This document shows, in pieces, positions 45,801-58,700 of a DNA stretch of 64,000 nucleotides (its first letter is position 1; the number at the start of each line of letters is the position of its first letter). The stretch covers positions 31,130,437 to 31,194,436 of the forward strand of contig NC_092672.1 in NCBI RefSeq assembly GCF_964355755.1, in the 5' to 3' direction. Origin of the DNA: Antedon mediterranea. Its lineage: Eukaryota > Animalia > Echinodermata. The notes under the pieces were generated by a model, which saw nothing but the letters and a program-made list of their open reading frames with translations, made no database searches and was not told the origin of the DNA. The position numbers and the translations under genes are program-made.

Positions 45801-46171
45801 ACCTGACCTACTCTACTCTACTAGGCCTAGGGCCTAGCTACTCTAATTTCTGGCACTTCCAAATCTGCCCAGATAGTTTTCACAATAATATTCATCAAAA
45901 ACACCAACCATCCCTACCAACAAATAGCTACAATTTTGCAGCTTGAGTAAAATACTTACAATTCTAGAGCAAGTTTTTTGTATGCAAGTTTAATCTCTTT
46001 TAGACTAGCAGTCCGGCGAACGCCCAGAACATCATAATGATCTGGTTCTGCCGCGTCAATCATAATGGAGCTGCTTCCGCGTTTGTCAGTTCCAAATTGA
46101 AGGCCTACAAATAGAACTTGATATAACGCTAAATGAAGAAAACATAAACTATAAATCCTTGGCCTAGCCAT
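33893..46171 (-). CDS. DNAJC16: DNAJC16-like paralogue A: J-domain intact, thioredoxin CxxC lost, ends after TM helix (about 540-548 aa; may be a recent pseudogene)
   Basis: Exons 46171-45960, 41616-41550 (HPD), 39476-39221, 38874-38684, 37653-37402 (donor mutated to TT; in-frame GT at 37374), 36913-36789, 36266-36086, 35301-35116, 34763-34678, 33956-33893 (TM segment then TGA). Homologous exon for exon to copy B. Confidence 0.8.
34124..34160 (-). ncRNA. Minimal type I hammerhead ribozyme (Penelope-like element type)
   Basis: GCA-CUGAUGA-A-GGGC(UAGUGUU)GCCC-GAAA-GC-UC-UGC: conserved core, helix I GCA/UGC, helix II GGGC/GCCC, vestigial palindromic helix III. Predicted cut after C at 34127. 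Confidence 0.75.
34203..34330 (+). mobile_element. 3' end of a (TA)n-associated interspersed element; second copy at about 24375-24480
   Basis: CAGATTTCCTCATCT.TATCGTTTCAAA..TATCACCGGGCGGTTT.GAATT..TGCCT..TGTGTT followed by (TA)n at both loci. A short match (TGCCTGTGATGTT+(TA)n) also lies at about 56478. Confidence 0.6.
34450..34494 (+). ncRNA. Type I hammerhead ribozyme
   Basis: CUGCA-CUGACGA-GAUCU(AAUA)AGAUC-GAA-ACAG(UA)CUGU-C-UGCAG: complete core, helix I CUGCA/UGCAG, 5-bp helix II, palindromic helix III ACAGUACUGU, GUC triplet. Predicted cut after C34489. Confidence 0.88.
37691..38601. mobile_element. PIF/Harbinger-like non-autonomous element
   Basis: TIR GGGCCTGTTTCTGCTG / CAGCAGAAACAGACCC; subterminal AATCGATTA/AACCGATTA repeats. 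A related fragment lies at about 18259-18480. Confidence 0.7.
39661..39822. repeat. Long near-perfect inverted repeat (hairpin) belonging to an interspersed family
   Basis: 39686-39733 pairs with 39747-39794 with one small internal mismatch around the loop GAGGCAAAGCCGA. Outer arms extend to 39661/39822. Related fragments lie at about 44055-44140 and 22490-22560. Confidence 0.85.
41721..43858. mobile_element. Non-autonomous DNA transposon with imperfect TIRs and 5-bp TSD (hAT-like termini)
   Basis: CTGGGCTCGCACT ... AGTGCTACCCCAG, flanked by TATCT (41716-41720, 43859-43863). Subterminal TCGCCA/TGGCGAAA/TGGCTAAA repeats. Confidence 0.6.
42055..42877. mobile_element. PIF/Harbinger-like MITE nested in the previous element
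   Basis: TIR GGGCCTGTTTCTGCTGC / GCAGCAGAAACAGGGCC, 3-bp TSD GAA, many AATACGGTAT/ATACCGTAT repeats. Confidence 0.8.
44977..45315. mobile_element. MITE with CAC...GTG inner termini (44999-45292) inside a further 22-bp inverted repeat
   Basis: CACTATACGACCCCCGGGAGAGGTGCGTCAT / ATGACGCACCTCTCCCGGGGGTCGTATAGTG; outer arms ATGCACTTGTCAATTGTATGAC / GTCATACAATTGACAAGTGCAT. A partial copy at about 12466-12510 ends in CACAGTG. Confidence 0.75.
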
Positions 46172-47443
46172 ATTTCATGATTAACTGTAAACTTCAAAAA
46201 GACGATAAGAATGCTTCCGCATCCATCTAAAGCCGTTACAACCCAATTCGTTTTCAACCCGTCTAGACACACGTCTCCGCGCCAACTCGACCATAACTTT
46301 CATCACCACGTGCCTTTTTGTCATGCAAATAATCGTTGTGAATAATTAATTAGCTTTAACTTTTGTAGAGCTCTAGAGGGCGACAGACCGGTTTTGAACA
46401 ATTATAATAAGGTTCGATTTCTGCATCCAGCAGGGTGCAAACATGGCACCCTCAAATGTGCAAATCCTGCCGTAAAATAACGATCAAGTTTGAGGTTAAA
46501 TTTTTTTAATGTAAATCGATATTCATGTGATCTAGATCAAATTCACTACTCATTCAATTAGACGTAAACTGAATATCAAGAGTGACTTTATTGTAACAGG
46601 CAGTGAAAAGCCTTTATTTATTCGTTCTATCAAAACCGCGTAGGTATCCACACAAAACAGAATATTTTACAGATGAAGTTTTTTGTATAATTGTGCTTGT
46701 AATGAACCGGAAAAAATACCAGAGATTCTAAGTAATAATTTTAAAAATTCTGGGTTTAAACCGGCTCAGCTAAGGGCGTTTCTTCGTCTGTTATTTTACT
46801 TTTATTTCTTCTAGTAGTAGCCATAATTATCTTGATTTGATTAAGTAAGGTTAGTGATTCAGTAGTAATCAGTATACGTAACTTACGTTTCTGAAGAATA
46901 CGGTAAGTATCAGTTTTGTAATTTATTTTCGGCGGAGCTCCGTTTTGCTACGTCCTTATTTGATAACCAACTAATAAAGATGTATTGTACCCCTGAAAAA
47001 ATAATTCTTTAAAAAAATGTTGTTGAACATTCCATTTTAATGTAGCATAATAGTTATCCACTTGACCAAAAATTGGATCAAAAAAAAAATGTATTTACCT
47101 GAAAAAAAATGTAATTTAAAGAAAAAAATGGTCAAATTGGCTGCCAGCCAATGGAATTTTAGTTGAATTTAATCATTTATTTTGTCATTTTATAAGTGAA
47201 ACGTTTTTTTTTTCTATGGAAGTGATTAACGTTATCAAAACTGCAAAATAATACATTCAAAGTCTGATTTAATTAATCTTCATTTTTCAAGTTTTTGGGG
47301 GACAATACATCTTTAAGTATTGTTTTTTCTTCATTAAATGATGCTTTTTTTTATTGATATTCTATTTGACTTTTTTAAGAAATAATGATTTATTATCAAT
47401 TATTTTAGTTTAATAATCAGGTACTGTAAACATTTTGTTTAAT

Positions 47444-48778
47444 CATGGATTAAAGAATAGAAGGATATGCATCAACGTGAGATCAAGGGTTCCTTGACTC
47501 TCGCCGACAGACCGCGGACCGCCCACAATGTTATCAGTTTAATTAACCGCATGGTAACAACGAAACGGTCGCGTGCCTATTATATTGTTTACTGCACATG
47601 TGCAACGACATTTAACCTTGTTGGCTACGCTTCTTTCGCACGTTCTTTGGTGGCATGATGTTTTAGCGCTAGCAACAATGGCGACGAACAATTTATACGA
47701 CGACGAATTTAGTTATAACCTTTCTGATGAGGAATTGTAGATGCTATAATTGTAATTAGTATAGGTTTCTGCCGCGATTGATCTACGCTAATGTTTTTAT
47801 GACCTGTAGTAGCCCTACATCTGAGACAATAGGCCTAACTATTTGTTGTCTCATCCTCCTACATGTAAAATTACAAAATCAGCAAGGATACTAGGCCTAG
47901 GCTTTCTAGGCTTACTAGTAAACCATATGATTTGCCGACATTGATACTGCCTAGGTAGACAACGTGTAATCATGATCTATATACTCACCGTTGTCTTACT
48001 TCTTGTGTGAATAATAATACGTACTTCGTTTGTTCGTGATTAAGTTTGCCCTGCGTGTACTTTTCAAAAGGACCGCTAGGTAACGAATCGCAACTATACA
48101 TAGCCAGCCAATCCCGGATCAGGGATCGCTGTTTTCATTCAATTAGACCCGGTGATTGGATGTGATGTGGATGACATAACCACTAGCCAATCACCAGGCA
48201 CTACAATTTAAATATAATCACATCGATAATTAAGGAGATTTATGAAGAAACCACTGCTTAGCCATTTATTAAAACCACGATTGTTGCATGGGTGAACACC
48301 GGCCACGCTAACAACATACATGGTCAAATGCATAATTTAATATTCTATAGATTAACGCAATTTTTAATGACAGAAGATGGCAGGCAAATAATGATAATTT
48401 AAATATAAAAATTGCATATTTTATTAATATTACCAACTACTTAAAATTACCAGTCGTAAGAAAGTGAACTTTTCGTAGTCCGATTGTGATGAAACTAAAA
48501 CAGAATTATTCAGCAATATATTTTTGTTGTCAATTAATCATCGACGCAGACATGTCAATAGAACATTCAGACTGCGCATACGATTTCTACATGGTTACGT
48601 TTTGGTCTAAAAAAATGTAACAGTTGATTCGCAGCGTTTTACAGAGGGCCGCGGTTAGAGACACGGGGTTCAATGAACGTGTTTGTTTGATTGGCAGCAG
48701 TGCTTTAGTATAGGCAAGCGCGTTGTAAAATCGTTTGATGTCACCGTCGATGCATATCCTTCTATTCTTTAATCCATG
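47444..48778. mobile_element. Non-autonomous P-element-like transposon
   Basis: 30-bp perfect TIR CATGGATTAAAGAATAGAAGGATATGCATC; 7-bp TSD GTTTAAT (47437-47443, 48779-48785). Confidence 0.75.
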
Positions 48779-49252
48779 GTTTAATAAAGATATAGTTTGA
48801 AATGCTCTATTTAATCATATCGGGTATTATTAAATAAATAGCCAGTTTGAGGATGTATATTATGATTGGATTCAGTTTTCCTTTTGTAGTTAATTTTAGC
48901 TTATCAATCAATTAACTCAATTCGCAATTAAACAATCAAGTTTTATCAAAGAACTTATAACACAAGAATCTCCTGTTCTTCAATTTGCATTCAAAACACA
49001 GTATCGGAAGTACAGGGTTAAAAGGTCAAACTGGGCGACGCCATTTCACAGCATGGAGCAGCGCCCCCTCCAAACTAGGAAGTCAATTACTCTACCCCCT
49101 AGAGAGTATTAGCAGAACCCCTCTATGATTTTGACTTTCTAATTTGATGCGGGCGCCCTACTCCTCAGTCAATTACTCTATCCCCCCTAGAGCATTAGCA
49201 GATCCCCTCTATGATTTTGACTTTCTAATTTGATGCGGGCGCCCTACTCCAT

Positions 49253-50337
49253 GGGGTGTCACGAAAGCTCAGACCACGAAAGCTCAGACCCCCTAAGACC
49301 TAAGATCACGAAAGCTAAGACCCAACACCTAAGATTACAAATACTAAGATATACTACAGATTAAAAACAATACTTGTTTATCCATACATAATTTTAAACA
49401 CAGTAGGTTTCATTTATTACCATAAATATAATTTAATACTACCGCAAAACATAGATAAACTCACATTATTTTCGCCTGTTGAGTAAATGTATATTTTTTC
49501 TTTACAACAAACAAACTTGACGGGTTGTTTGTTGGTATATATTTACTCCATTGTGTTGGTTCAGAGGATGTTTTTCTTACGCACCTGCCTTTCTTGTATT
49601 TTGACTCCAAATTTGTTGACTAACTTTATCCTGAACACCAAACTTTAAAATTAGGACTTATAAGTACTTTCAGAAGGAGAAACACATAATAACAAATAAA
49701 TAAATCCTTTAAATTGATGATTTTACATATGTGTTTCTTTGTATACTGTAATGTAACTCCTCGAGCTCCCACCATGCTCAATGTTTTTGTTTCCATGGAG
49801 CGCCAAAAGAGCAACAATAATAGTACAAGCATAAAAACAGAAAGAAAACGAAACAAAAAAACTTATCATGATTTTTAAATTAAAATTTATTTGCCAGTAT
49901 TTATTTCTTCGTACTTGCATGATTATACTATTATCATTACAATTTTAATTTTACATTGTTCCATCCACTCCACACTGTAGATGGACTCCACAGAGTTTTC
50001 AGCCCTCTATATAATTTTTGCTCTTTTGACGTTCCATAGAAACAAAAACATTGAACATGGGGTAGGCCTACTGTAGTACTGTAGGCTAGTCATTTTGTGT
50101 GCGAGAAAAACGTCTGTAAAATCATCAATTTAAAAATGTATTTGTTACTTTTTATGTGATTCTTTTTCATGAAAGTGCCAATTCTAAGGTGTGGTATTCA
50201 GAATAAATGTTGGGAGTTAAAATACAAGGCAGGTGCGAAAGATAAATATTTGTAATCTTAGGTGTTGGGTCTTAGCTTTCGTGATCTTAGGTCTTAGGGG
50301 GTCTGAGCTTTCGTGGTCTGAGCTTTCGTGACACCCC
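49253..50337. mobile_element. Foldback-type DNA transposon (MULE- or Merlin-like)
   Basis: About 90-bp perfect TIRs GGGGTGTCACGAAAGCTCAGACC... built of subrepeats. TSD TACTCCAT (8 bp, or 10 bp CTACTCCATG if the ends are GGG/CCC). An additional internal inverted homology pairs about 49580-49820 with 50010-50240. Confidence 0.85.
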
Positions 50338-50619
50338 TACTCCATGGCTCACAATGGCTCCACCCATAGCTTTATTCTATCCCACAATGCCTTTCGAAAT
50401 TGTTACGCGCTTCGGACGAACAGGAGATTCTTGTGTTATAAGTTCTTTGGTTTTATTTAAAAGAAGTCCGTGGCCTGGGCCTACTGATATGTACAGAACA
50501 AAATTATAATCTTTAAACTCATAGTTACCCACATACCCCAACATTAGAGTAAACAACATTTCTAGTTTCCCAGAACCTTCGTCGTCGTACCATCTATCTC
50601 CATGATACACGTGTGCCAT

Positions 50620-51193
50620 GTGTTTTTTGTGATTCAAATTTTATTTTGCTATATAAAAGAATATAGTGAAAATTGTGAATTTAAAGACTTAAGGTATAAG
50701 TTTCTATCTTGTATAAACGATATTCTCTTGAAGTGTAATTGTGATTCCAAAAATATTTTCACCACTCTCTCAAATTATAAAGAAGTCTACTTTCCAATTT
50801 CTGAAATCTTAAGAAAACTTAACTCTATAATTATAGATGAATGGAGAATTGAATTACAAAATAAATCAAGTCTCCACATCTATGAAACATTAAAATCAAA
50901 ACATGGACTTGAAAACTACTTAATTGATAAAACTAATTTTGAAGGTGCTGCATTAAAATTTAAAACTCGTTCAAATACCTTTGAATGATAGAACTGCAAA
51001 TTGCAATATTGATAATAATAAAAAATGTAAATTATGCGGTACAAATTTGAACGAAGGGGTTGATAGTTGCTTTTGCCTTTTTACTTTTCTGTTAATTGTT
51101 ATATTTGATATTGTAAAGGATGCACCTTTGTGCTAAGTGTGCCACCGATCTAAAGGTGTAATTCCAAATTAATAAATAAATACATAAATAAAA
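50620..51193 (+). mobile_element. Degenerate 3' fragment of a non-LTR retrotransposon (RTEX-like C-terminus)
   Basis: EWRIELQNKSSLHIYETLKSKHGLENYL...LKFKTRSN, then a CKLC zinc-finger remnant and an (ATAA)n tail. Confidence 0.6.
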
Positions 51194-52320
51194 TAGAGGG
51201 CGACAAATAGGTTTTTTAACTTATCAGAGCCAATTGCTTTCTATTTTCACGGTAGTAGTTTAGGTCTGTCAAGACAAAATGTGGTCCGGGCCAAAATCGG
51301 TCCAACCGGACCAGTTTTGGCTCTAAATTTGTGGCCAAAAGCAGCCCACCACTGCCAATATTGGTCCGAGTTTTTCTTCAGTCGATTTTAACTGAATTAC
51401 TACTAGGCCTATGATTATGTTTGAAGTTGTTTATGGCTAGAAAAATATTAGGGGTATACAATGACATCCATGAAATGGACTCGCACACAGGTCAACGTTT
51501 CAATATCTTTATCCGATATTTTTATTTTAGTTTACAGTATACAGTACTTAATATTCAAATGAATCATAATTAATAATGATGATGTAATTGCAATGATGAG
51601 CGTAGAGCCGCAAATCGCAGACTTCCTGATGAAAATGTATATACTGTATAATAAATAAGACCTTAAAATCAAAGAAATTCAGAAAAAAATCTTTACAAAT
51701 CACAGCATGATACCTACTGTAGTATTTTAATCATTTATAAAGAGCTGATCAATATTATGAATTCATGAGGACTACCCATCAGACTAAAAACACATCTTAT
51801 TCACACCTATTTTAATAGATAAAACTATTATTATTATTATTACATTAACTGTACACTGTATTTTTGCACTGTATTTTAATTAATGTTTAAGTAAATTAAA
51901 TTGTATTTTTGTTACTGTTGCACATATTCTTTATTTACTTAACACTATTAAAGCACCTAATTTATGCATAAACATTAATTGAACAACATGGGTGAGTTTA
52001 AACAATATTGCAGTTGACAAATAATAATGCATTTACAAATTAAATTCTCATAATCTTTTTGTTAACATTTTAAATATTGTGTGGAAGTTTAAAGATATAC
52101 TGTACGCTGAAAAAATAAATAATTTTTTTTAACGTGTTGCTGAATATGCCATTTTAATGTCACATGATAGTTATTCACTTTGACCAAAAATTAAATCGAA
52201 AAAAAACATATATATTACATTTACAAAAAAACTTTAAACAGAAATACAGCAGTCATTTTGAGGAGTCTCTGCCCTGTTTACCTCACTGTCGCTTATTGTT
52301 TTTAAATATTTTATTACACC

Positions 52321-52460
52321 TTATTTATAGAGGGTGACCCTAAACAGCGTATTCTGACAATCAAGGGGCCCTCTTGATGAGTGACAGTGGCTGTGTGTAT
52401 ACTATTACACCGGGGTAACCCCCTACTCGCCTCGAAAGATGTACTAGGTTCTTTAAAGTG
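52321..52460 (-). mobile_element. SINE fragment with Deu/Nin-domain-like core, downstream of the DNAJC16-B stop
   Basis: Minus strand CACTTTAAAGAACCTAGTACATCTTTCGAGGCGAGTAGGGGGTTACCCCGGTGT resembles the conserved DeuSINE core as I recall it (TTAAAGATCCC...GAGTAGGGGTGTTAACCCCGGTGT). Confidence 0.55.
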
Positions 52461-52761
52461 TTTAGCTGACCTTCTAGTAGATTAATAGTATCTCAAGGAT
52501 TCTATGATAAATGGTTACTTGTTGATGCTGTTGCCTAGTTCACGCTCTAGTAAATCAATAGTACCTCTATGATAAATATTTACTTGTTGATATCATAAAA
52601 CAAAAATATTTAAAATAAATAATAATATTAATTTAAACCTGATATATAAACACTTCACAAAAGGGAGACATACATAATTGATACCATGATAAAATGTTTA
52701 CATGATATAGGAAGAAAATTGCGTAAATTGCACAGTAAAAATAGCGCTTGAATTTGCATCA

Positions 52762-55700
52762 TCAGGAGTCAAAGGTCGGCCATTCATTAACATTTATTCT
52801 CGATATTGAACCATCATACAGTCTATCCATCCACATCGACAGTGGAGCGTATAAATTACGAACAGAAACTCTGCCGGTTTCCTCGTCAGATCCGCTATCA
52901 GAATCGCTAAATCCTACTGATTCTGGGTTGACTTGCACGTTCTTATGAGCGGCACGGTACGCGCTCATCTGCGTTTGTGCGTCATATAAACAATAGTATT
53001 TTCTATGTGCGTTAATGGCTAGTATGTTCCCAATGACATTGTTAACATCCAGTGTACCTGGTCTCTGATTGGTCAATTGTTCATACCAAAAGCTATATTG
53101 ATCAACTTGTAAAAAAGAGAACTGCCAACCCTGCATTCTGTGAATATTTAAAATAATGTAAAGATAACATTTTTTACAGTACCATTTTCTAACATACATG
53201 TACTTACAATGTGCCAATATTAAACCAATATCATAATTTCCGGGATATATTTTGTAACACGCAACCGTGACACAATGTACTAAGTATGAAAGTGTGCACA
53301 ATGTCACACTTGGCTGAACAATGTCACACTTGACTGCACAATATCACACTTGACTGCACAATGTCACACTTGGCTGCACAATGTCACACTTGGCTGCACA
53401 ATGTCTCACTTGACTGCACAAGGACCCCGTTGGAAACAAGTCCGTAGAGGACTTTTATGAGTTATCCTTGGCATCCTTGTTTTATATTGGTATTTTTATA
53501 TTTGCTAATTTTAATTGTATGTCTGTGATATTTTATGTACTGATGCCGAAATAAATCAAATCAAATCTCACACTTGACGGCACAATATCACACTTGGCTG
53601 CACAATCTCACACTTGACTGCACAATCTCACACTTGACTGCACAATATCACACTTGGCTGCACAATGTCACACTTGATTGCACAATGTCACACTTGATTG
53701 CACAATATCACAATTGACTGCACAATGTCACACTTGGCTGCACAATGTCACACTTGGCTGCACAATGTCACACTTGGCTGCACAATGTCACACTTGACTG
53801 CACAATATCACACTTGGCTGCACAAAGTCACACTTTACTGCACAAAGTCACACTTTACTGCACAAAGTCACACTTGGCTGCACAATATCATACTTGATTG
53901 CACAATGTCCCACTTGACTGCACTTGTTCAAATAAATAGGGTATTATAAAACGCATGGAGAAATAAGTTAGGAACTTATTTCTCAATGATAAAACCAGAG
54001 TTCAGCTCTTTGAGAAATGTGCAACTTTAAATGTGCTGAATCAAGTGCAGGTAACATATATAATATAACGTTGAATAAACTTACCTGTTTATTTGATATT
54101 TAATAGCATTTTGAGCTTCAACAAACAGCTCATTTTTACTTGCTTCATCGACAATAATGAGCAGCGTCATCTTCCCTGGGGGCGCTGTTAGAATCAACGT
54201 ATCATTACTCTCTGGATTTAATGAATACACACTAATATGTTGTCTCCTAAAAAAAAGGTGTTTATAATAGTTAAAAATGACTTATATTTATAAAAGAATT
54301 AGTTTTCGGAATGAAAGTGGAATGGGGAGAATATTTTCATGCGTTAATAGTGAGTTCACAGATTTGAAACATAAATAAGGTCAAAGTATTGTGCTAGTTA
54401 TAAAACTTACCTTGGAGGCTCATTCATGCGTGACTGTTCAGGAGCCGATTTGTTTCTATAAAAACATAAGACCTTTTTTGTAAAATATTAATCCACAACA
54501 TTAAAGGTATTAAACATTGAAAAAGGAGTAAGCGTTAGATCAGGATTTAGGGGAAAAGTAGATTTTCAAGAACTTTTTGAGATGTCTTTCACGTGAAAAT
54601 ACAGACAAGGGGGTGAAAACATAACATCATAGGTAATACCAAATTAAATAGTTTAAAATGGTGCTAAACATAGAATACAGTGCCACAACTATGCTCAAAG
54701 CAGTTAGGTGTATGTAAGTAAATCATACAAAATACAATTAAACCCCTCCTTTAGAACAGGGGACAACAAATGAGGGGGGACCAACAAATGAGAGGGGGGG
54801 GGGGGAGAAATAGTAAAAAAAAAAACAATGGGCAACACCTATTAAGTGGACAGCCTTATTAAGATTAAACCCAGCCTAGGACATGCTTTCGTTGATGTCT
54901 TAATCTAGGCTTACATTAAAGACAAACATTAAATTTAATTGGTTTAATATTATAATTTAATTTGACTTACAATTGTTTTTTTTAAATATCAGACCTTAAA
55001 AGTGTACCAAAAAGGTGAAAAACATCGTCGCGTTGTAAACATTCAAGAATTGTCAGCGCGTACCTATTTTTTAACAAACTGCAATGACGTAATTTGTGGA
55101 CCATTTGATTGGCCAGTTTTAACGATCGTAAGATCGTAATCGCTAAAGTTGAACTCGGTTCAACTTTAACGATTTAAGATTTTAACGATTTTCAACGTTA
55201 ATTTTTACCCCCTTTTCCTGTCAAATCATTGAATATGACAACTCAATGTAACTTAACGTATATTCATATTTTAGTCTACTCTGCAGCAATGTTAGTATAC
55301 TTATAGGCATACGGGAGTCACGACTTAAAGTTCAGTGAACTTACTGTGACTTCCATCCACTCACATTTAATATATGTTATGTAAATGTAAATGATATATA
55401 TATATATATATATATAAGTGAGTGGAAAAAATAAATAAACAAATAAACAAACAAAACGTCGACAGGAAAACAGGTTTTATTGGGTACAGAAGGTCTACTG
55501 TATAAAATAAAAACTACATACTTAGGAGATAGATATCCAGTCATCATTACCGCCATGGTAACAACATATGCAATAAACACACATATTACCATAGTAACCT
55601 CATCCCTGAAAATGTAAACAAAAAATGTGTAGTCATGTTTATTATATTTTTTAAAACGTAGTTTCCAATTAAGGGCAATTTCACAATAAAACAGTAAGTA

Positions 55701-58700
55701 ACACTCATCTCATTAGCAATGCATATGTAAGGAAAGACATATTTCGTTTTTGAAAATGAGTTATCATAGATAGTATAGATAATAGTTATAATTGATAGAT
55801 TTATGAGTTAACACTATACAGTCCTTTGGGACTCCCCTATTAAAAGGACTCCTGTATTAAAACTCTGTTAGGTCCTGGGTGTCCCCTTAATAGTTCTACT
55901 GTATTTTATCTTCTTCGTCTCATATTATACTACGAGAACCATGGCAGAGGAGTGCCTTAAACCTGTGTCGATTTTATGGCTATGGTTTAAACAATTCATT
56001 CCTTTATTTGGATAGTACATCCATATACAATACATACAAACCAAAAAAAAAGAGAACAAATTTCACCAAGAAATTCACAATAGCATCTTCCACAAAAATA
56101 ACTTAAAATATCAATTTTCACCAACGCTAATGCACGTTGGATTGTGGAAGTACATTTGAAAACAACAATGAAATTTTGTACTAAAAACTTACCACCGACC
56201 ACTCACAACATACTGAACGGCAGAGTTCAAATAAGACTTGAAATTCAACCACACTGAATTTATCAATAATACCAACCAATGCTGAACAATATAGAGAAAA
56301 GATCAATTTAGTTTAAAAATTAATAAGGTTTAAAATATGCAGACAGTACGTTTCATTTTTACCAGTATATGTTTAAACATTACAGTCCACTAATTATCTA
56401 TAATGCATAATAAATTGCGAGTAAATAAATTTAAAATTCATAGTTTTAAACTACTGTAATGTATATATATATATTCTGTGCCTGTGATGTTTATATATAT
56501 ATATATATAATTTAATAATTTATTATTTATTTATTTTATAATTTATTCATTAAAACCTGCATAAAAGGGACAACTTCAGGAAAAAATAAAGGTTCTTTTA
56601 ATAGAGTTGTCCCTTGAATAGGTGTTGGCCTGTTGTTAAAACAGAATATTTGTTCATTTTCATTTTGAGGTATGTGTTTTAAAGGAGATGTATAAAAATG
56701 TATCTAAATATTTAGTCCATGGGCTGGAGGGGGCTACCGTGCACCCCCCCCCCCCCCACACCCACAGTTAAAACTTAATTTAATTTTATTTAAATTTTAA
56801 AAGATTTTAAAAGATGTATGCTACACAATGTAACTAAGATAATACCAACTAGATGTTGGATTCTTGGGTTATTAGGATAAATGTTACCCCCTACCCCAAA
56901 AAATATTTGAAGATAAAACCCTGATGATCATTACAAATGACGCAAGTACATACAATGCATCCCTATATTTTTCTTGTTAACAATGATTTTTTCACTCTAT
57001 ATGTCCGTGGGAAGAAAATGATACCAAAGAAATTTAATTGTGGGGGGGGGGGGGTGCACGGTAACCCCCTCCAGCCCATGGACTAATTGTAAATATAATA
57101 AATTTATTATTTAAAAATACCGGTTCATTTTCATCTCTCAACGTCTCAATTTGTCTCGTTTTGCTTAATTCAATTATAAAGTTTGATAATTCTAAAAGAT
57201 AATTTCCTAAGCGTCTTTCGTTGTCGTCTTTATCGTCCAGTTTCCATCCTCCTGGCAGCCAATCAAAATTCAGCTTGTATTTTGTTCGTCTCCAAACTAA
57301 AGCAACCTAAAAATAACAGAATAAAATTATTTATTTATTTTTTTTTGTATTTTATTTATTTATTTTATTGATATTATACACTTCAAACAGAAATTTCATT
57401 TCTCAAATGTCGGAGGGATAAAACTATATCATGCTTATAAACTCAGTGTAGGCTTAGGGAGTCATATTTGGACCAACACTGGAACTGATTGAACCCTACA
57501 TCTTGTAATTGGAAGGCAAGGTACTACAGCACTGGGTACTATAGGCTAGTAGAGTGACTGATGAATTTAATTTATTGTTGATTGTTTCAATTACTCTTTT
57601 ATTTAACAAACATGGTTAATAAAAAAATAAAAAATAAACAAAATACTAAATTCAAATAAACGTTTATAGAAACAGAGTCACTTACAGGGATCTTCTCCTG
57701 TTCAAAATCTATGCCAATGTTGTTTGTGAAAGCTGTTTGCGTTTCTTCGAACACATACATGAACTTTGACCCCTCTGGGAAAAAAGATGTATTAATAGCA
57801 ACTTGGCTGAACGTCCTGCGAAAGTCATCATGTTTTCCTTTTTGTGTGAACAGAATTACGCAAATTCTATAAATAAATAATAACAAAGTATATACATATT
57901 ATTAAATTATAAATATTTTATATCATTATTATTATTAAGCCAACAGTAAATTCATGTGTTTTCAATCAATTGCATACAATAATAAGTTAAATGCAATATT
58001 ATAACAATGTTTTTAATGTTTGTATATTCTGTATTGTGTTTATGCACTTTTCGCACAAATTCAATAACAAACAAATTATCAACATTTACCTGCGAGTTCT
58101 CTTGGATGGCGAGACAGGGCAAAGGTCATCAAACACTTGTTGCGAAGTGAGCCGTGGAGCATATAGATACTGATTCTCTATAATAATGTCACGCATAGAA
58201 TCTCGCTGCAACATTGCGGACTAATGAAACCAATAACAAATAATTTAAAACAAATTGCTGTAGTGGTATTACAGCTTGGTGATTAGAATGTTTTCTTCTA
58301 ATCAGAGAATTCTGAGTTCAATTTCTATTTTAGTATAGCAATTCCCTCAAATAATAAGGTAGTTCAATTAAAAACCCTCAAAATAAAGATCCCTTGAATA
58401 AAAAAAACACTTAAATGGAAAACACTGAAGTCAGTTAAAAAAACCTCCAATTAAAGACTACTTCATTAAATATCCTTAGAAAAAATCCTGACATGTGATG
58501 GGACTTGACCCCAGGACTCTTGGAGTGGTAGCAAAGCATCATAACTACCAAGCCACAACTCCACTCATAACCACCAAGCCACAACTCCACTCATAACCAC
58601 CAAGCCACAACTCCACTCATAACCACCAAGCCACAACTCCACTCATAACCACCAAGCCACAACTCCACTCATAACCACCAAGCCACAACTCCACTCATAA

